Positions 49,703-57,742 are shown, counted from the first letter of the stretch. The stretch is 64,000 nt of DNA from Gemmatimonadota bacterium (GCA_036679645.1 JAZDCY010000033.1:1-64000), one strand, 5' to 3'. Numbers and translations: made by a program. The notes: a model not told the origin generated them from the letters alone.

Positions 49703-50677
49703 ATGAATGTACCAAACGGTCCGCCAGGTTCGGGCGAGAGGGTCGTGATCGACACCGACCCCGGGATCGATGATGTGGTGACCCTCGTCCTGGCCGCCCG
49801 GTCTCCCGAGATCGACGTCGCGGCCGTCACCACCACATACGGCAACGCCCCGCTCGCCCTAACGACGCGGAACGCTCGTCACGTACTTGGCCTCTGCGGG
49901 CGACCGGACGTTCCGGTACACCCGGGATCCGATCGTCCCCTCGAGCGGGCACTGGTGACGGCACCCGAGACGCACGGCGAAACCGGCGTAGGTTATGCGC
50001 CGGTCCCTGACCCGCCCGCGGGCGAAACCACCCCCTTGATGCCAAACCCGACCGCCTTGCTCGACGTGCTTCGGGCGCAACCCGAGCCCGTAACGCTCGT
50101 TACCCTGGGACCGCTCACGAATCTCGCACACGCGCTGAGAACCGATCGATCCACGGTTCACGCGTCCGTGCGACGACACATCGGGATGTTCGGCAACCTG
50201 CATGAGCGTGGCAACACCAACCGATGGGCGGACTTCAATGCCTGGTGTGACCCCGAAGCCGTTGTCGAGGTATTCCGCAACGGCCCTCGGTGCGAGATGG
50301 TGGGCCTGGACGTCACGAGACGGATGATCGTGACCCGCGGGGAGGTGGAACGCCTCGCCTCGTCACCCGATCCAGTAGTGCGCTGGCTCACCGATGCCTT
50401 GCGTTTTTATGTCGACTTTCACAGCGGTGAAGAGCGGCTGGACGGGTGCGTGGTCAACGATGTGCTCACGGTCGGCGAGCTGCTTCATCCCGGCCTGCTG
50501 GATTTCCAGACGTACGGGCTGAAGATTGTGACCCGCGATGATGAAGAGCGCGGCCGCACCGTCGAGTCCGCCGACGGCGATCACGTACGTGCGGCGCTGG
50601 ACATAGACGCTCCCGCCATGCACAGGTTACTGGACCGAGTATTCGGGAGAGACTGGGACCGCGAGGGAGGTACTTGA
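49703..50677 (+). CDS. Nucleoside hydrolase (IunH family)
   Basis: IDTDPGIDD, HGETG, LGPLTNLA, FNAWCDPEA. Confidence 0.92.
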   Translation: MNVPNGPPGSGERVVIDTDPGIDDVVTLVLAARSPEIDVAAVTTTYGNAPLALTTRNARHVLGLCGRPDVPVHPGSDRPLERALVTAPETHGETGVGYAPVPDPPAGETTPLMPNPTALLDVLRAQPEPVTLVTLGPLTNLAHALRTDRSTVHASVRRHIGMFGNLHERGNTNRWADFNAWCDPEAVVEVFRNGPRCEMVGLDVTRRMIVTRGEVERLASSPDPVVRWLTDALRFYVDFHSGEERLDGCVVNDVLTVGELLHPGLLDFQTYGLKIVTRDDEERGRTVESADGDHVRAALDIDAPAMHRLLDRVFGRDWDREGGT

Positions 50678-51624
50678 TGGCCGGTAAGGTACGTGTTGCC
50701 ATTGTCGGGGCAGGGGAGATCGGTCGCGGCTGGGGCGCCCTGTGTGTGTCGGCGGGCTGGCCGGTGTCGATCTACGATCAAGATGCGCGCGCGCAGAGCG
50801 ATGCGCTGGAAGAGATCGTCGAGCGCGCCCGCGCTCTGCTGAGCCTCGCGAACGCCGACGCCGCCCTGGTGGAGCAGGGGGTGGAGAGCCTGACCGCCGG
50901 ACGGAGCCTGCTGCAGGCATGCGGTGAGGCGGAGTGGGTCATCGAGGCCATTCACGAGGACCTTCTCCAGAAGCAGAAGCTGCTGCGCGGACTCGAGAGT
51001 GCTACCCCGAAGGGCCGCATCGTCACAAGCTCGTCGAGCACGTTCTCGCCCACAGACATCGCGGCGCAGTGCGTCCGGCAGGATCGCTGTCTCGTTGCAC
51101 ACCCGCTCAATCCACCCGAGCTGATCCCGCTCGTGGAGCTGCTGCCGTCACCCCAGACAGATCGCGCCCTCGTCGAGTTGCTCAAAGGATGGCTGCGGGC
51201 TCTGGGACGGATTCCTGTCACGCTGAAGAAGCAAGTTCGCGGGCACGTGGCGAACCGCATTGCCGCGGCGGTCTGGCGCGAGGCAATCGAGCTGGTTCTC
51301 TCCGGGGCGATCGACGTAGACGACCTCGACCGAGCTGTCTCGCTCGGTCCCGGGCTCGGATGGGCGGCGGCCGGGCCGCACCTGACCTACCATCTCGCAG
51401 CGGGAACCCGGGGCGTCTCGGGGTTCCTGCAGCAACTCCTCCAGAGCTTCGAGGGACTCTGGGGCGACCTCGCTACGTGGGACCATCTGGATCACGACCG
51501 GGAACAGCGGCTGGTACACGCCATTGAACGCGCTTACGAGGGACAGATCGACCAGATCAGGCGTGCGCGCGACCGGCGCCTCGCGGCAATCCTGCAGGCC
51601 TTGGAGATGTCGAAAAGAGGTTGA
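50677..51624 (+). CDS. 3-hydroxyacyl-CoA dehydrogenase family protein
   Basis: GAGEIG, EAIHE, HPLNPPELIPLVE, GHVANR. Confidence 0.9.
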   Translation: MAGKVRVAIVGAGEIGRGWGALCVSAGWPVSIYDQDARAQSDALEEIVERARALLSLANADAALVEQGVESLTAGRSLLQACGEAEWVIEAIHEDLLQKQKLLRGLESATPKGRIVTSSSSTFSPTDIAAQCVRQDRCLVAHPLNPPELIPLVELLPSPQTDRALVELLKGWLRALGRIPVTLKKQVRGHVANRIAAAVWREAIELVLSGAIDVDDLDRAVSLGPGLGWAAAGPHLTYHLAAGTRGVSGFLQQLLQSFEGLWGDLATWDHLDHDREQRLVHAIERAYEGQIDQIRRARDRRLAAILQALEMSKRG

Positions 51625-51657
51625 TACAAGGCAAGTGGTGGAGGGGAGGGAGCCGGG

Positions 51658-52821
51658 TTAGGCCACTAACAACCCCGTTCCATACATCACGACCAGGCCT
51701 GCCAGCAGCCCGCCGGCGTTGAGCGGCGTCCACAGGGGTACGTCAGAGGCGGTCTCCCGCGCCACGACCTTGTAGAGCGCGATCACGACCTGCGCCATGG
51801 CACCAGCGCCGACGCTCAAGAACAACGTGGCAAGCAACGGCGAATACGCCGCACCGCCAATCCACGCTCCGATAACCGTGGGTCCGCCGGCCAGTAGCCC
51901 CATGCCAGCGAGGGTACGCAGCTTCGGCCGGTCGCCGGCAAGCGGTGCGACGATCCCCAGCCCTTCGGTGGAATTGTGCAGCATGAATCCCACGATGAGA
52001 AACGCGCCGAGCGCGGCTTCGCCAAGGGCGTACGCGGCTCCGATGGCCAGGCCTTCGCCGAGATTGTGCAACCCTATCCCGAGAGCGATGAGCCAGGCAA
52101 CCGTGAGGCGCCCCTCGGCTCCCTCGCGCGCGAGGCGCGTTCCGGCGACCGCCTGCAATATGAGCAGCGCGCCCAAGGCACCGATCACGACCACGGCGGT
52201 GCCCTGGTACGCGCCCGCGACCTGCGCACCGGTCTCGAGTGCCTCTTGGATCGCGTCGGCACCGAGGAAGATCAGGAGACCCGCCGTGAGCGCCAGCGCG
52301 AAGTGTATCCAACGACGCTTCAATCGCCGCAGAAAGGGAAACCACAACAGGCCGATCGCGACCGGGATCACGCCAACGTAGATCCCAATCATCGCGAAGA
52401 CCCCGAAGAAACGGGCGTTCACCGTTGGCGTCTCGCGCGCCACCTCAATCTCGTGCGCGAACGTCACACCGGTAGACGTGAGCAACACGATCTCGTGCGC
52501 CTCGTCTTCCACCCACGGATATGGAATGTCGATCGTCATACGGCCCAGCCGACCGACGGTTGCGCTTGGCGAGATCTCGAACGTCCAGAACGCCTCGTCG
52601 ATCATGACCTGAGCGACGGTCACCGGATCGGGACCCCCGTTGACGACCTCCACTTTGATGTGGCCGGGTGTGAGGGTCACACGATCAAAGCTGAGTTCTT
52701 CAACGGGCGGTGCGCCGTCCTTTAGGAAGTCGAGTACGCCGGTGCCCGTGACCACCGCCGCGAGCGCGGCGAGAAGCACAAGCGGCAGCGCGCCCAGTAC
52801 CCACGATCGGGACGAGATCAC
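51658..52821 (-). CDS. ZIP family metal transporter with N-terminal soluble domain
   Basis: GIGLHNLGEGLAIG, LHNSTEGLGI. Confidence 0.9.
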   Translation of the reverse strand: MISSRSWVLGALPLVLLAALAAVVTGTGVLDFLKDGAPPVEELSFDRVTLTPGHIKVEVVNGGPDPVTVAQVMIDEAFWTFEISPSATVGRLGRMTIDIPYPWVEDEAHEIVLLTSTGVTFAHEIEVARETPTVNARFFGVFAMIGIYVGVIPVAIGLLWFPFLRRLKRRWIHFALALTAGLLIFLGADAIQEALETGAQVAGAYQGTAVVVIGALGALLILQAVAGTRLAREGAEGRLTVAWLIALGIGLHNLGEGLAIGAAYALGEAALGAFLIVGFMLHNSTEGLGIVAPLAGDRPKLRTLAGMGLLAGGPTVIGAWIGGAAYSPLLATLFLSVGAGAMAQVVIALYKVVARETASDVPLWTPLNAGGLLAGLVVMYGTGLLVA

Positions 52822-53852
52822 GCAACCACTCCGCCGTCCACCACATTGAACAGACCCATCCAGCCAAGCTCGGCGAATTCCGCCTGGTGCGCATGAAACA
52901 TGAACCGGCCGGTATCGTCGTACGTGAACTCGAGAATGTGTCGCTCACCCTGACACATCATCAACGTGTCGGTGAACTCGTGCGGCGTGAGCGATGTCCC
53001 TGTGCGGTACACGTGGAACAAATTTCCGTGGAGATGCATGGAGTTCACGGGATCGAATTCGAGGGCGTTCACGATGTAGATCCGCTGGAGTTGTCCCTTC
53101 TGGACGATTATGGGATCCTGTTGATATGCGAACGGGACGGTGTTGACGGCGTACACTTCGTTCGAGCCGTCGAAGTTCGTATCGAAGCCGTTCAGGACCA
53201 TGACCATCTCGCGCGCGGGGGGACGCGGCGTTTTCGGATCGACGATGAACGTGCCGTAGAGCCCCTTGGCGATGTGCTTCTTGAGTGGGAGCGTGTGGCA
53301 GTGATAGAGGTGCAGCCCCCACGGCTTCGCCTCGAATTCGTACTCGAACGCTTCGCCCGGCTGGACGATCTCGAAAACCCCATCCATCCGCGCTACGTGG
53401 CTGCCGTGGAAGTGAATCGTATGCGCGTGAGATCCGGCATTCCGAAAATGCACCCGCACCACGTCGCCCTCGGTGGCACGCAAGGTGGGTCCGGGAACCT
53501 GGCCATTATAGGTCCAGGCCGGGTAGAAAACGTTGGGCGCGACTTCGATCTCGCGATCGACCGCCGTGATCTCGTACTCGCGCACCGTGCGGCCGTCGGC
53601 CAGCCGCGAGACCTGCCCGTAATCGAAGTGTTCCAGGAATGTGGCCGGATCGATCGATCCGTCCGTCACGCGTCCCGTCACGGCACCGTTTGCCGGGTCG
53701 TGTGCGCTGGCCCCGGCGAGGCGCAGCGCCCGCTCGGGCGCCAAGCGGCGTTCGGCAGCGCGCAGCGTTTGGGTCGCGGCCGCGACGCCAGCCACACCGA
53801 GTGCGCCGCGTCGCAACAGGTCCCGCCGGCTCAGCTTGTCCCGATCGCTCAT
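52818..53852 (-). CDS. Tat-exported two-domain multicopper oxidase
   Basis: SRRDLL; HTIHFHG, YHCH..HI..GLYG, MHLHG, MFHAH. Confidence 0.9.
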   Translation of the reverse strand: MSDRDKLSRRDLLRRGALGVAGVAAATQTLRAAERRLAPERALRLAGASAHDPANGAVTGRVTDGSIDPATFLEHFDYGQVSRLADGRTVREYEITAVDREIEVAPNVFYPAWTYNGQVPGPTLRATEGDVVRVHFRNAGSHAHTIHFHGSHVARMDGVFEIVQPGEAFEYEFEAKPWGLHLYHCHTLPLKKHIAKGLYGTFIVDPKTPRPPAREMVMVLNGFDTNFDGSNEVYAVNTVPFAYQQDPIIVQKGQLQRIYIVNALEFDPVNSMHLHGNLFHVYRTGTSLTPHEFTDTLMMCQGERHILEFTYDDTGRFMFHAHQAEFAELGWMGLFNVVDGGVVA

Positions 53853-54550
53853 GCTGCACCTCCTTCGACGACGATGGTGCAGCGCAGCGACGCCGCAAGC
53901 TCGTATCCAATGACCTGCTGTATCCCTTCGCGCACGCAGATCGTAACAGGGCCCCGGAAGGGTTTCCGCTCGATCACCTCGAACTCCGCGCCCAGAACCA
54001 ACCCGAGTGACGCGATATAGCGCAGTCGCTCCGGATCCTTGTCACTCACCATGCGGAACTCGGCGCACAGGCCGGGGTCGATCTCCGTGAGCGGCACATG
54101 CGCGGTCTCCTCGATCTCGCCCGATCGGCTGGGAATGGGCGCACCGTGCGGATCGTGCTGCGGATCGCCGAGAACGCGGACCATGCGTTCGATCAACTCG
54201 TCCGAGACTGCATGCTCCAAGCGTTCCGCCTCTTCGTGGACGGAGTCCCAATCGTATCCGAGTTGCGAGGTCAGATAGGACTCGAGCACGCGGTGACGCC
54301 GCACAATGCGCAGCGCGGCTGTGCGTCCCGGCAACGTCAATTGGACGCCACGGTAGGGGACATGCTCCAGCAATCGCGCCTCGGCCAGGCGCTTGAGCAT
54401 GCCGGAGACCGACGCGGGCGCGACCTCGAGCGCCTCCGCGATCGCACTCGTCTGCACGGGGCCACCTTCGGCCCCGAGGGCGTAGATCGCCTTGAGGTAG
54501 TCCTCGGTCGATCGCGACAGACCGGCTGGAGCTGCTGCAGCTGCACCCAT
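53849..54550 (-). CDS. DtxR/MntR metal-dependent regulator with FeoA domain
   Basis: EDYLKAIY, RRHRVLE, EAERLEHAVS, DPHGAPIP. Confidence 0.95.
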   Translation of the reverse strand: MGAAAAAPAGLSRSTEDYLKAIYALGAEGGPVQTSAIAEALEVAPASVSGMLKRLAEARLLEHVPYRGVQLTLPGRTAALRIVRRHRVLESYLTSQLGYDWDSVHEEAERLEHAVSDELIERMVRVLGDPQHDPHGAPIPSRSGEIEETAHVPLTEIDPGLCAEFRMVSDKDPERLRYIASLGLVLGAEFEVIERKPFRGPVTICVREGIQQVIGYELAASLRCTIVVEGGAA

Positions 54551-54572
54551 GACACATCCGTCCCGGGAGAAA

Positions 54573-54586
54573 TTAGGTAAGACTAA
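54573..54586. promoter_or_regulatory. Putative DtxR/MntR operator
   Basis: TTAG-gtaaga-CTAA palindrome 22 bp upstream of the regulator ATG. Confidence 0.7.
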
Positions 54587-54627
54587 AAATGTTTCGTGAC
54601 GTGCCGAAAAGCAAGGGAATTATGTAC

Positions 54628-54656
54628 TTGACGTAAACCGTTGGTAGTGTTATATT
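54628..54656 (+). promoter_or_regulatory. Sigma70-like transposase promoter starting in IRL
   Basis: TTGACG-17bp-TATATT with TGn extension. Confidence 0.75.
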
Positions 54657-54685
54657 TCGTCAGGTAAAAAGATAGGAACCTGACG

Positions 54686-55681
54686 ATGACCCGCATAGCC
54701 GGAGACAAGGACCCCATAACTACCGCCCTCCCAAAGGCTTGCGTTGACGAGCGGATGGCGATGGACTTCCTAGAGACCCTGATCTGGGGCTACGAGCCCG
54801 CCTGCCCCCGCTGTGGCGATCTGGACGTGTACCCGATGAAGGAACGCAAGACCGGGGAACGTCAGGCCAACGGGCGTTGGCGCTGTCGGGGCTGCAAGCA
54901 GCAGTACACGGTGCGGACGGGCACCATCATGGAGGACTCTCGCATCCCGCTCAAGTATTGGTGTTTTGCGTTCTGGCGGGCGTGCAGCTCGAAGAAGGGC
55001 GTGAGCGCCCTCCAGATCAAACGCGAGACTGGCTTGAGCTACAAGAGCGCCTTGTTCCTGATGCACCGGATTCGCTACGCGATGAGTGGCGGCCCCGACC
55101 GTCCGTTGCGGGGGACCGTGGAGGTAGATGAGACCTACGTGGGCGGGAAGCCCCGTCGCCACACGCGGAAGCAGAACCGCCGCCCCGGCGAGAACCCAAA
55201 CGTCCAGGGCCGCGCCCCGGACTTCCAGGATCGCAAGACGCCCGTAGTCGCCTTGGTCGAGCGAGGCGGGCCCGCGAAGGCGATCTCGCCAGGGGACGAA
55301 CACGTCACCGGCAAGAACCTCAAGCGGATCATGAGAGAAACCGTGGACCCGTCAGCGACGATCATGACGGACGAGTCCGGCGTCTATCGCGGGATCGGTC
55401 GCCACTTCGAGGGCGGACATTACACCGTCCGGCACTCGATCGGCGAGTACGTCCGGGGCGACGTGACCACCAACACGGTCGAGGGGTTCTTCTCACTCTT
55501 GAAGCGGGGTGTTGTTGGGACGTTTCACCACCTCAGTCGGAAGCACCTGGGGCGGTACGTCAGCGAGTTCGAGTTTAGGTACAACCATCGCAAGGTGAGT
55601 GACGGGGTGCGGACGGTGGCGGCGATCCGGGCGGGGATGAAGAAGCGGCTCACTTACGCCGACCATCTAGCGAGTGTATGA
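54686..55681 (+). CDS. IS1595 (ISXO2-like) transposase
   Basis: CPRC..CRGC zinc ribbon, KKGVSALQI, VEVDETYVGG, MTDE, TNTVEGFF, EFEFRYN. Confidence 0.96.
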   Translation: MTRIAGDKDPITTALPKACVDERMAMDFLETLIWGYEPACPRCGDLDVYPMKERKTGERQANGRWRCRGCKQQYTVRTGTIMEDSRIPLKYWCFAFWRACSSKKGVSALQIKRETGLSYKSALFLMHRIRYAMSGGPDRPLRGTVEVDETYVGGKPRRHTRKQNRRPGENPNVQGRAPDFQDRKTPVVALVERGGPAKAISPGDEHVTGKNLKRIMRETVDPSATIMTDESGVYRGIGRHFEGGHYTVRHSIGEYVRGDVTTNTVEGFFSLLKRGVVGTFHHLSRKHLGRYVSEFEFRYNHRKVSDGVRTVAAIRAGMKKRLTYADHLASV

Positions 55682-55713
55682 ACAGTGGAGAACGAGACCT
55701 AGCGGAGGGACCT

Positions 55714-55959
55714 ATGGCGGAGAAGCCGAACGGGGAGAGCATCCGGTTGCGCGAGCAGATCATCGAGGATGAGGTCTCCGGTTTGACGATCCAGATCGAG
55801 CGTACCCCGAATGGCGAGGGGCGGGTCCGGCTGTTCGGCAACATCCCGTTCCGTCATCGCGATTTCGCCTTTGATCGCGACGGGAGATTGGTGGGAACGG
55901 GAACTGGCACATGTTCAACATGTGCCAGCCCCACGTCATGGTTGAAGGTGGTGGACTAG
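55714..55959 (+). CDS. Small hypothetical passenger protein
   Basis: GGAGG RBS before MAEKPNG; ORF abuts transposase; C-terminal CxxC. Confidence 0.6.
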   Translation: MAEKPNGESIRLREQIIEDEVSGLTIQIERTPNGEGRVRLFGNIPFRHRDFAFDRDGRLVGTGTGTCSTCASPTSWLKVVD

Positions 55960-56255
55960 GGCGTCACGTCGTTGCACGCTGGCAACCGACCGTGACCGTT
56001 GTAGTACTCTTGTAGAAGCTCTCGCTCGCGCCCGAGTGGGGCGGCGTTCACTTCCGTCTTGAAGAATTGGGCTCGCTGTGTGCACGGGCCCTCGTTCCCC
56101 GCGTAGTGACTACGGAGGCGATCACGAATACTGATCGTCGAACTGCCGTAGTAGATGATGTCGGGCATCGTATCGAGCTGATAGACGCCCGGTTGTGCCG
56201 GTGCGCCTTCTATGCGCTCCGGAGTGAAACTCTGGTAATCGCCTTGAATCGGCAT
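55956..56255 (-). CDS. Minimal GIY-YIG nuclease-like protein
   Basis: PGVYQL..IIYYGSS..IRDRLRSH..ERELL..LPACN; GGAGG RBS. Confidence 0.8.
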   Translation of the reverse strand: MPIQGDYQSFTPERIEGAPAQPGVYQLDTMPDIIYYGSSTISIRDRLRSHYAGNEGPCTQRAQFFKTEVNAAPLGRERELLQEYYNGHGRLPACNDVTP

Positions 56256-56297
56256 AAGCCGGATCCTCCCTTGGTGACATTTTTCACATTGTCAGAA

Positions 56298-56338
56298 GGG
56301 GGACTCGCCCATATATTAGTCAGCTTGGCGAGTCCCCC
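56298..56338 (-). terminator. Hairpin immediately 3' of the Leu/Pro tRNA
   Basis: GGGGGACTCGCC / GGCGAGTCCCCC 12-bp stem. Confidence 0.65.
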
Positions 56339-56443
56339 TGGTGCGCCTGACGGGACTCGAACCCGCACGGGGTGTATCAGCCTACACAGCGGCACCCCAC
56401 TGGCTCCCAAGGCCAGCGTGTCTACCGGTTCCACCACAGACGC
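56339..56443 (-). tRNA. Atypical tRNA: Leu-type body, anticodon TGG (Pro), 33-nt variable arm, encoded CCA
   Basis: GCGTCTG/CAGGCGC-A-CCA; D-arm GTGGAACCGGTAGACAC; CTGGC-CTTGGGA-GCCAG; GCGGG-TTCGAGT-CCCGT. Confidence 0.88.
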
Positions 56444-56494
56444 GAGCGGGGATGGCCGGAGGGCCCGAAGGCCCCCGGCCGCTAGGTCAGGGGG

Positions 56495-56506
56495 TTATGG
56501 CGGCAT
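56495..56506 (-). other. Minigene ATG-CCG-CCA-TAA (Met-Pro-Pro) with AGGAGG RBS
   Basis: Minus strand AGGAGG-tctgcc-ATGCCGCCATAA, between two hairpins. Confidence 0.65.
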
Positions 56507-56593
56507 GGCAGACCTCCTCATGTATCGGCGGCGGTTTCGGAGCGATCTTGCCAAAGAAGATCCGAGACCGCCGCCTCGTTATTGGGGTTAGAA

Positions 56594-57022
56594 CTAGAAC
56601 GGAACGTCCTTCGGTTGATCGTCCTCGGCGCTCCACTCTGCTAGCCCATACCAGCCCCGTTTCGGGCTGCTAAAAACATCATCACGTCGCCTTAACGCAG
56701 ACACAAGCGAACCCCTGATCTTGTCTGCGGCCTCGTCCGCTCGATACCCACGTCGTTGCATCTCCGCGATCAACCCTTGAATACGAACAATTTTCCCAAG
56801 TTCCTTGAGAACGGTCTGCGCTTGGCTGACGAGTTCACTTGACCGCGCCCGCCGCCGTTTCGGCGTCCCGTTAGTGCTCGGCATATCGTCGCCAAAAAGC
56901 TCTATGTGTTGCTCAAGCCCGGCGATCAGAGTTAGTATAGATTTGCGCCTTCGATCAATCTGGGTCAGTTCCCGTTTGAGGCGCTTAAGAGTCACGCGGT
57001 AGCTTTTTGTGTGATCCGTCAT
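56594..57022 (-). CDS. Coiled-coil plus winged-helix (HARE-HTH-like) protein
   Basis: N-terminal heptad pattern; AQTVLKELG..LIAEMQRRGY..SLVSAL..VF..RGWYGLAEW. Confidence 0.7.
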   Translation of the reverse strand: MTDHTKSYRVTLKRLKRELTQIDRRRKSILTLIAGLEQHIELFGDDMPSTNGTPKRRRARSSELVSQAQTVLKELGKIVRIQGLIAEMQRRGYRADEAADKIRGSLVSALRRRDDVFSSPKRGWYGLAEWSAEDDQPKDVPF

Positions 57023-57044
57023 GCTCAGCAAGATAGCGAGTAAT

Positions 57045-57233
57045 ATGTCAGGATCAAGCGCCACAAACGGACCCGGAGAAGCCGCTGCCAATAAGGACGA
57101 GCGCCCAGGTCCTGACCCTGAGCGGCTCAAAGTCGAGGGGAACTGGAAGGACGCCCTCAGACGGGCTCTCCGAAAGAAGAAGCCAGCGGAGGGATGGCCG
57201 GGAAAAACCGCGAAAAACAAAGGGGCCCCTTAG
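57045..57233 (+). CDS. Small basic protein of the type seen in IS1595 elements
   Basis: GPDPERLKVEGNWKDALRRALRKKKPAEGWP; recognised from memory. Confidence 0.65.
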   Translation: MSGSSATNGPGEAAANKDERPGPDPERLKVEGNWKDALRRALRKKKPAEGWPGKTAKNKGAP

Positions 57234-57244
57234 TCGGGGGCCCC
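57212..57244 (-). terminator. Intrinsic terminator of the right-end RNA transcript
   Basis: GGGGCCCC stem-loop followed by TTTGTTTTT on the minus strand. Confidence 0.75.
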
Positions 57245-57346
57245 AAGAACTACATCAGCTTGCCAAGCCTTAGGAAGGTAGGACCTTCCCCATCTGATAG
57301 CAAGACCATTCGGTGTATCTTCTATTGACAAGCACGGCAGCAGGTG

Positions 57347-57419
57347 GGTGACGAACCGGACTTGAACCGGTTACTTCAGCTTGGCAAGCCGATGTGTTAC
57401 CAGTTACACTACCGCCACC
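57347..57419 (-). tRNA. Atypical tRNA: His-like acceptor (G-1:C73), anticodon GCC (Gly)
   Basis: G-GTGGCGG/TCGTCAC-C; GTGT-AACTGGTA-ACAC; TCGGC-TTGCCAA-GCTGA; ACCGG-TTCAAGT-CCGGT. Confidence 0.85.
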
Positions 57420-57708
57420 ACGACGGTTGCCGTACCTCTTCTGGATGCCAACCAAGCGGCGACCGCCTCACCTGTTACTGCCACAAACAATCTACTCGGG
57501 TGGAGCCCTTACTGCAACAACTGCCTGGACCGGCCCCCAGCCTAATCCTACCGAGGGGTGGCCGGGCCCTCGAAATAGAGAGGGGCCGGGCGTTTATCCC
57601 GGCCCCCAGCCCGATTAGTTGGCTAACTGCCCTGCCAGTCGATTATGCTGGCTGACCGACTTCGAGTAAAGCCGATCTAGTTCCTCCGGAGCCAGCGGAC
57701 CGGCCCGC
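57420..57708 (-). ncRNA. Putative structured non-coding leader RNA
   Basis: Many stems (gctggct/agccagc, ggggccggg/cccggcccc, gttgttgc/gcagtaac); no credible ORF; lies between promoter and tRNA. Confidence 0.5.
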
Positions 57709-57714
57709 ACTCCC

Positions 57715-57742
57715 AAGATAACGCCTCACCGCATTTACTCAA
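57715..57742 (-). promoter_or_regulatory. Inward-facing sigma70-like promoter starting in IRR
   Basis: TTGAGT-16bp-TATCTT, positioned like the IRL promoter. Confidence 0.55.

Noticed and set aside
56329..56360. 8-nt pairing between the downstream hairpin arm (GGGACTCG) and the tRNA T-arm
   Set aside because: Short and outcompeted by the 12-bp hairpin; may be chance.
56339..57419. Ordinary host tRNA-Pro and tRNA-Gly, or island att sites
   Set aside because: Both lie inside the TIR/TSD-bounded element, lack Pro/Gly identity elements, and have no duplicated 3' ends.
57270..57655. ORFs 57270-57455(-), 57344-57655(+) and 57394-57618(+)
   Set aside because: They overlap the tRNA and structured RNA, lack an RBS and look non-protein-like.
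57420..57708. Gly-codon minigene analogous to the Met-Pro-Pro one
   Set aside because: GGAGGA is present in the leader but no suitably spaced start codon follows.
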